Below, in pieces: positions 26,381 to 32,000 of a stretch of 32,000 bases of DNA. A model generated the notes under the pieces. That model saw only the letters and a program-made list of their open reading frames with translations. It was not told the DNA's origin and did not search any database. Made by a program: the position numbers and the translations under genes. The first letter of the stretch is position 1, and every line of letters starts with the position of its first letter. The stretch covers positions 4,440,001-4,472,000 of the forward strand of contig LT962688.1 in NCBI GenBank assembly GCA_900234795.1. Direction: 5' to 3'. Origin of the DNA: Methylorubrum extorquens. GTDB lineage: Bacteria > Pseudomonadota > Alphaproteobacteria > Rhizobiales > Beijerinckiaceae.

Positions 26381-27220
26381 ATGATGCGCCCCCTCCGATC
26401 CGGCCTCCGCAGAGACCTTGCAAGGACGCTTCGCCGTGTCGTCCGAACCGGCTTTGCGGCCACGACAGCGCTGCTGATTGGCCCGACCGCCGACGGCGCC
26501 AGGGCCGAACCGGCGGCCGCCGCCGCGGTCGCCCTCGTCGTCTCCGTCGACGTGTCGCAATCGGTCGATGACAGCCGCTTCGTTCTGCAGATGGAGGGCA
26601 TCGCCGAGGCTCTGGAGGATCCGGGCGTGATCGCGGCGATGACCGGCCATCCCGGCGGCACGCTCTTCGCCATGGTCACCTGGGCCGACCGCGCGGGCCT
26701 CGCCGTGGGCTGGCGGCGGATCGCCAGCCGTGCCGACGCGTTCGCAGCCGCGGCCCAGGTCCGTGTCACGCCCCGGCAATCGGGCGAGTTCACCTGTCTC
26801 GGCCAGATGTTCCGCACCGTGACCGCAAGCGTCCTTCCGGCAATGCCGGTTCCGGCGGAGCGGATCGTTGTCGACGTCTCGGGCGACGGCATCGACAACT
26901 GTACCGATCCCGAGAATCTCGAAACGGAGCGGACGGCGCTTCTGGCGGCCGGCGCCACGATCAACGGCCTGCCGATCCTGGTCCCGGGCGAGAACGACGT
27001 CGTCGGCGCCGGCGCCTACCGGGCTCCGGGCTACGGACTTCGGGCCACGCCGCTCCCGCAGGAGCGCACGGATCTGACGCAGTGGTACAGGTCCCACGTC
27101 GTGGCCGGTCCCGGCGCCTTCCTCTTGAAGGCGGCGGGTTACGGCGACTTCTCGCGGGCCCTGCGGCGGAAATTCGTGATCGAAGTCAGCGGCCTCGCGC
27201 CGGGTCGGCGCGACGAGTGA
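26381..27220 (+). CDS. DUF1194 (vWA-like) domain protein, exported
   Basis: 279 aa, starting 13 nt after the apbE stop. Blocks typical of DUF1194 as I remember it: VVSVDVSQSVDDSRF.LQ..G, VTWAD, IVVDVSGDGIDNC, ATINGLPIL, WYRSHVVAGPGAFL and DFSRALRRKFVIEV. Confidence 0.7.
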   Translation: MMRPLRSGLRRDLARTLRRVVRTGFAATTALLIGPTADGARAEPAAAAAVALVVSVDVSQSVDDSRFVLQMEGIAEALEDPGVIAAMTGHPGGTLFAMVTWADRAGLAVGWRRIASRADAFAAAAQVRVTPRQSGEFTCLGQMFRTVTASVLPAMPVPAERIVVDVSGDGIDNCTDPENLETERTALLAAGATINGLPILVPGENDVVGAGAYRAPGYGLRATPLPQERTDLTQWYRSHVVAGPGAFLLKAAGYGDFSRALRRKFVIEVSGLAPGRRDE

Positions 27221-27390
27221 CCCCGTTTCGTCGGCGCTCGCGATCCGGCGACGGGTTCAAGCGAAACGGCGTGCCGCGGAACGCCCTGCCGTTCGGAGCA
27301 GGAAAGGTCCTCGGTACGAGGGCGATCCAGGGGCCACGTCAGCGGCCGGCAAAAGCCCGCCGCCATGGCCGACGAGCCCGCGCCGCGCCG

Positions 27391-29804
27391 TCAGGCGACG
27401 TTCCGGACAGGTTGGCGCGCCTGCCTGACGGCCTGGGGGATGAGCTCGATCAGCCCGGTGACCTCGCCGGAGGGGCGGGCCGGGCTGTAGAGGAAGCCCT
27501 GCGCGCTGTTGCAGCGCCGCAGCCGGAGCAGTTCCGCCTGCTGCTCCGTCTCGACGCCCTCGACGGTGACGTCGATCCTGAGGTCACCCGCGATGACCAT
27601 GATCGCCTTGATCACGGCCAGGCATTCCGGCCGGCTGCTCAGGTCGCGCACGAAGGCCCGGTCGATCTTGATCTTGTCGACGGGGTATTGGGTCAGGTAG
27701 CTCAGCGACGAGTAGCCCGTCCCGAAATCGTCGAGAGCGATCCGCACCCCCTTCGCACGCAGCGCCTGAAGGTTTTCCAGGACATGCGGTGTGTTGGCGA
27801 GGAAGATCGACTCCGTGATCTCGATCTCGAGTCGCTCCGGCGCGAGCCCTGTCGCGTTGAGGGCCGCCTCGACCTCCTGGAAGAAGTCGGGGAGACGGAA
27901 GTGGGTCGATGAGATGTTCACGGCAACCCGCATCGGCACAGGCCATGTCAGGGCTTCCGCACAGGCCGTCCGCAAGGCCCAGCGCCCGATCGTGATGACG
28001 AAGCCGGTGCTCTCGGCAATCGGGATCAGCTCGGCGGGCGAGACGGGGCCGAGGCCGGGCCGGGTCCAGCGCAGCAACGCCTCGCATCCCACGACCTCCC
28101 CGTCCTGTAGGCTCACGAGCGGCTGGTAGTGCAACTCCATCTCGCCGTTCGTCAGGCCGGCCCGCATGGCGCTGTCCAGCTCCCGCCAGCGCTGGACGCG
28201 GCGTTCGAGGTCGGCCTCGAAGCATTGCCAGCGGCCCCTGCCGGCCTCCTTGGCGGTGTAGAGAGAGCAAGGTCGGCCTTCCGCATCAGGTCCTGAAGCT
28301 CGGTCGCGTCCTGCGGTGCCCGTGCGATCCCGATGCTGACGCCGATCTCGGCCTGCATGCCCTCGATGAGGTAAGGCCGGTGCAGGGACGCGATGACGGC
28401 CTCGGCCAGGATTTCCGCCTCCGCGCTCTCCCGGCCGCGGTGCAGGATCGCGAACTCGTCGCCGCCGAGGCGGAACACTTGCGCGTTCGCATCGACGCTG
28501 GCGCACAGGCGGTCGGCGACCTGGCGCAGGAGGTCGTCACCCGCACAATGGCCGGCCGTGTCGTTGACCTTCTTGAAGCCGTCGAGGTCGAGATACAGCA
28601 GGTGGACGCGTGGGCCTCCGCTCATGGAGGCCGTGCAGGCCTCCCCCGCCACATCGTGGAAAACGGCCCGGTTCGACAGTCCCGTCAGAGGATCGCGCGT
28701 GGCGAGATAGGCGATGTGGGCGTCCGCCTCCCGGCGCTGCGTCACGTCGGAGCCGACGCCGCGGAACCCCGCTAAGGTCCCGCGCTGATCCGCGAAGGGC
28801 TTGCCGCTCAACGCGAGCCACCGCAGGCCGGTCGGGGTCTCGACCGCGACGAGGCACTCGTGGAAGGCCTTGCCCTGCCGAAGATGGCTGAGCAGGTCGG
28901 TGGTCCGATCCTCGTCCCGGTCCTCCCCGGCACGGAGCAGATCCCGGAACGAGCCGCGCTGAAGCCGCTCGATCGGGCAGCCCAGAGCGTCGGCCATCCG
29001 CGGCGACACGTGCTGGAAACGGCCGGTTTCGTTCGTCTCCCAGAGCCAGTCGCTCGTGTTCTCCTCGAACTCGTTGAGGAGAAGGCCGATGGTCTCGCTC
29101 TGATCCTCGACGCGGACGCGGTCGAGGATGCGCTGGCGCGAGAGGCGGCTCATCCGGTGGACACTCACCCCGACGAAGGTCGCGTAGACGAGGAGCAGGA
29201 CGGCGATGCTCAGGGCAATCGGCTCGCCGCTGCGGGCCAGCCCGATGAAGCTGCCGACGATCACCGGGATCGCGAAGAGGTAGGAGACCGACAGGAGCGG
29301 CCCGACCACGTAGGCGTCCGAGATCAGGCCGGCGGCGATACTGACGACGAGCAGCCGCTCGTCGCTGCTGGCTGAGCAGAAGAGCACGACCGGCATGGTG
29401 GCCCAGGCCAGACCCAGCGCGAGAGCGAACCCGGCGGAGATCCGGTAGCCGCGCCCGACGCCGACCTCGGTGACGGCGTCGCCGTAGAGGCGCTGGTAGA
29501 GCCAGGTCGTGTAGATGGTCGCCGCGATCACCACGGTGACGACGGCGAGCAGACCAAGCAGATAGGCACGCGGCGCCGAATCCCAGAAGAAGTAGGCGAC
29601 CGCGACCGCGATGATCAGGTGGGTGACAGCGGAGTAGTTGGCGAGCTTCAAGGTCTCGTCGAGCAATCCGGCGCGAACCTGCAGGCTGTAGCGCGCCGGC
29701 AGCCCGTCGAGCGTGTCGATGCGCCGAAGCCGATTGATCAAGGCACTGAAGCTCTGCGTCGATGTCGTGGTGTCGTCCGATGTCGTCGTGCCGTCGCGGC
29801 GCAT
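27391..29804 (-). pseudogene. Membrane sensor diguanylate cyclase/phosphodiesterase (multi-TM N-terminus, PAS, GGDEF, EAL); one frameshift as sequenced
   Basis: ATG 29804, with about 6 hydrophobic helices. A PAS-like segment (DWLWETNETGRFQHVSPRMADALG) precedes GGDEF (DPLTGLSNR...FRLGGDEFAIL). The frame breaks at LMRKADLAL|YTAKEAGRGRW, in an AG/CT repeat at 28260-28267. The EAL domain continues in another frame (GCEALLRW, EITES, DDFGTGYSSLSYL, EGVET), with stop at 27391. Confidence 0.8.
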
Positions 29805-29818
29805 CTCGGGGGACGGGA

Positions 29819-31235
29819 TCAGTGGGCATGACGCGGGACAACTTTCATCTTCATGCCGCCCTTGGGCCGAAGCGTCACACGAAACTGCGTCGCCGGCATC
29901 TCCGCCTTCGCGGGCACGAAGCGGAAGGCTGGCAGAAGCGTGGCGAGGATGACGAGACACTCCGTCAGCGCGAGGCCCATGCCGATGCAGACGCGCGGCC
30001 CGGCGCCGAACGGCAGGTAGGCGTAGCGATCGCGCGAGGCCGTCAGCTCCGGTGCGAACCGATCCGGATCGAAGACATCCGGCCGGTCCCACAGCGATTG
30101 GTGCCGGTGTAAGGCATAGACGGGCACATGCACCGATTCCCCGGCCGGGATGACCGTGTCGCCGAGGCGGACCTCCTCCGCCGTCCGCCGGACGATCAGC
30201 GGTGCCGGCGGGTACAGGCGCATCACTTCGAGGACGACCTGCCGGGTGAAGGCGAGCCGGTCCAGCGCCTCGGGGGCCGGATCCGCACCGAGGCCTGCGA
30301 TCTCGTCGAGGATGCGAGCCTCGACCGCCGGGTGGTCGGCCAGCACCCGCAAGGTCCATGTCAGGGCGAGCGCCGTGGTCTCGTGGCCGGCCGCGACGAA
30401 GGTCAGCAGGTTGTCGATCAGGCTCTCGTCGGACAGGCGCTCCCCCGTCTCCGGGTCCTTCGCCTGCAACAACAGCCCGAGGAGGTCGGCACCGGGTTCG
30501 CCGCGTGCACGGCGCCGTTCGACCGTTCGGGCCACCTCACTCCTGAGGTAACGGACCGCCCTCGCTCCCGCTCGCGCCCCCGGATGCGGCATCCAGGCCG
30601 GCGCCCCCAGCATCGAGAGCGCGATCTTCCAGGGGAGTCTGGCCGAGATAGGCGTCGATCGCCCGTCCGAACGGCTCGACCTTCAACTGGCTGTCGCCCG
30701 ATACCATCGTCGCGACGATGACGTCGAAGGTGGTGCGCATCATCTCCGGCAGGATGTCCCGCTCGCCGTCGAAGCGCGCATCCGCGGACGCGCGAGAGGA
30801 CATCTGGCCGAGCCAGCGCAGGCGCGTGGCGTGGGCGGCCTCCGCCATGGCGGGGATGAAGGCCTTAACCCGGTCCGGCCGGAACATCGGGGCTGCCGTT
30901 CTACGCTGCCCCCGCCAGTGCGGGCCGTCCGCCGTCAGGATACCGGACCCCAGGGCGGGCGCCAGCGCCCGCAGCATGAAAGGCTCGCGCTCCAGAGCTC
31001 CGGCCTGATCGACGATCAGGCTGCGGATGTGCCCGGGCGCGCAGACATACGTCGTCCGCTGGCCGAGGAAGCGCGTTGTCACGAGCGGTCGCGTGTAAAC
31101 CTCGTCGGGCCACGCCTCGATCAGGCTGCGAAGCATCGTGGCAAGCACGGACGGCAACGCGACCGCCTCGGCGAGCGCCTCCTGAAGCGGCGGACCGCCC
31201 GCCTCGCATACCCGAAACGTTCCTGCGGATGACAT
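29819..31235 (-). pseudogene. Cytochrome P450 monooxygenase; one frameshift as sequenced
   Basis: ATG 31235, with GGAGAGG 8 nt upstream. The N-terminal part is in one frame (to ...IDAYLGQTP) and the rest in another (WKIALSMLGAPAWMPHPG...). Motifs are intact: AAGHETT (I-helix), EVMRLYPP (ExxR) and FGAGPRVCIGMGLA (Cys ligand). The join needs one G removed from GGGG 30632-30635. The stop is 14 nt upstream of the GGDEF-EAL start. Confidence 0.8.
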
Positions 31236-31451
31236 ATCGGCAACCTCTCCGTCGCGACCCTCCGCCACCATCGTTAAGTTTTTCGCAGTTCGTCCCTCGC
31301 GGATACGGTCAGACCAGACATTATTTCGACGACGAATTCATGTGATGAACGTTCGATTGACGCGCTGCGCCCCGTAATAAACCTCACGTTACGCTCGGCT
31401 GTCAGATGGAAACCTTACCCGGCTTGCGCTTTGAGTATCGTGCGTCTCCAA

Positions 31452-31471
31452 AAATATAATTTAGTATATTT
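31452..31471. promoter_or_regulatory. AT-only inverted repeat AAATATA-N6-TATATTT within an AT-rich island (candidate operator/promoter element)
   Basis: Seen directly at 31452-31458 and 31465-31471. It lies in the 523-bp divergent region between the P450 gene (-) and the PAS sensor gene (+). The nearby motifs AATTTAG and AAATTAG are similar to each other. Confidence 0.3.
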
Positions 31472-31758
31472 CACCTCGAAAAATTAGATTGTGCTGTTGA
31501 TCGCCGTGGCAGATCGTGGGCAGCACCAGATCAGGGCGGAAGGTTAAAGGTCTGAATTGAGTGTTGGGGAAAGCTCGCTCGATGCACGACAGCGAACGTT
31601 TCCTCACGCCGCGGCAAGCGATACGATCCGCTCACGCTTCGGTGCCGCCGATCAGGCTCGGCCGGACAGGTTCGCTCATGACGACGTGATCCTCCTGCGG
31701 TAAGGGTCGAGCCAATCCGTCGCCGTCTGTTCGGGGGCGCCTACGGAAAGGATCGTTC

Positions 31759-32000
31759 GTGGCCTCTGTTCTGGCCTCCATTGCCAAGCATGCCTTCGTC
31801 GTCGATGGCGGCGAGACGGGCCGACTTGTCCGCTCGCGGGATTGGTCCGCGACCCCGCTCGGGCCGATTGAGGGTTGGCCGCCGACCCTGAAGACCGCGG
31901 TCAACATCATGCTCACGTCGCCGGGCCCGGTCTCGATCCTCTGGGGGCCTGAGCGCGTCCAGATCTACAACGACGCGTACATTCCGATCGCGGCGGAGCG
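31759..32000 (+). CDS. PAS-domain sensor protein (probably a histidine kinase), 5' partial
   Basis: GTG 31759 is the first start after the in-frame stop at 31687, with GGAAAGGA 6 nt upstream. It reads VASVLASIAKHAFVVDGGETGRLVRSRDWSATPLGPIEGWPPTLKTAVNIMLTSPGPVSILWGPERVQIYNDAYIPIAAE. This is the common alphaproteobacterial PAS_4-type N-terminus (DWS.TPLGP...WP.SL). The ORF runs off the window. Confidence 0.7.
   Translation, partial: MASVLASIAKHAFVVDGGETGRLVRSRDWSATPLGPIEGWPPTLKTAVNIMLTSPGPVSILWGPERVQIYNDAYIPIAAE

Noticed and set aside
31507-31522. Sigma-54-like promoter TGGCAG-N5-GGGCA upstream of the PAS sensor gene
   Set aside because: The spacing fits, but the -12 element lacks the conserved TTGC (GGGC instead). 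No enhancer-binding protein gene is nearby. This is too weak to report as a feature.
1-32000. Search by eye for CRISPR arrays, IS/transposase or integrase genes, tRNA/rRNA genes and toxin-antitoxin or defence-system signatures
   Set aside because: I noticed no regularly spaced direct repeats, no transposase or integrase-like ORFs, no tRNA T-loop/acceptor patterns, and no nuclease/ATPase defence-type proteins. This absence is based on manual reading only and should be confirmed with tRNAscan-SE, Infernal, ISfinder and defence-system HMM tools.

Overview
Very GC-rich alphaproteobacterial chromosomal segment. It looks Methylobacterium/Methylorubrum-like, inferred only from gene content and codon style. 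I can support about 30 protein genes. I saw no rRNA, tRNA, CRISPR array or IS/transposase by eye.

Gene order, left to right:
- a cydD/cydC-type ABC exporter pair, frameshifted three times as sequenced
- an FNR-like Fe-S regulator
- a USP-cytochrome c operon and a BKACE (DUF849) enzyme
- LysR regulator, then SDR and cupin
- about 1 kb of degenerate or non-coding DNA
- an M48 metallopeptidase with an ATGA-coupled membrane partner
- a patchwork of small exported proteins and gene remnants
- an HD-domain protein and a DHA2 MFS transporter
- a quinoprotein alcohol dehydrogenase island (17.4-27.2 kb)
- a membrane PAS-GGDEF-EAL protein and a cytochrome P450, each frameshifted once
- an AT-rich divergent control region and the 5' end of a PAS sensor

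The dehydrogenase island is the centrepiece. It holds an ExaA/ExaF/PedH-type PQQ ethanol dehydrogenase carrying the lanthanide-type WDYDG signature, a c-type cytochrome and a MoxJ-like binding protein. Divergent from these is an operon with a PQQ-ADH-system periplasmic binding protein and a YVTN beta-propeller. That operon runs with a GTGA overlap into a NosR/NirI-like flavo-FeS membrane protein, a Tat-exported ApbE flavin transferase and a DUF1194 protein. The usual ABC ATPase and permease are not there. This composite operon is the best candidate for an undescribed system.

Main caveat: there are five frame breaks. Four are +1 insertions in 4-5 nt homopolymers, which looks more like sequencing error than ancient pseudogenisation.
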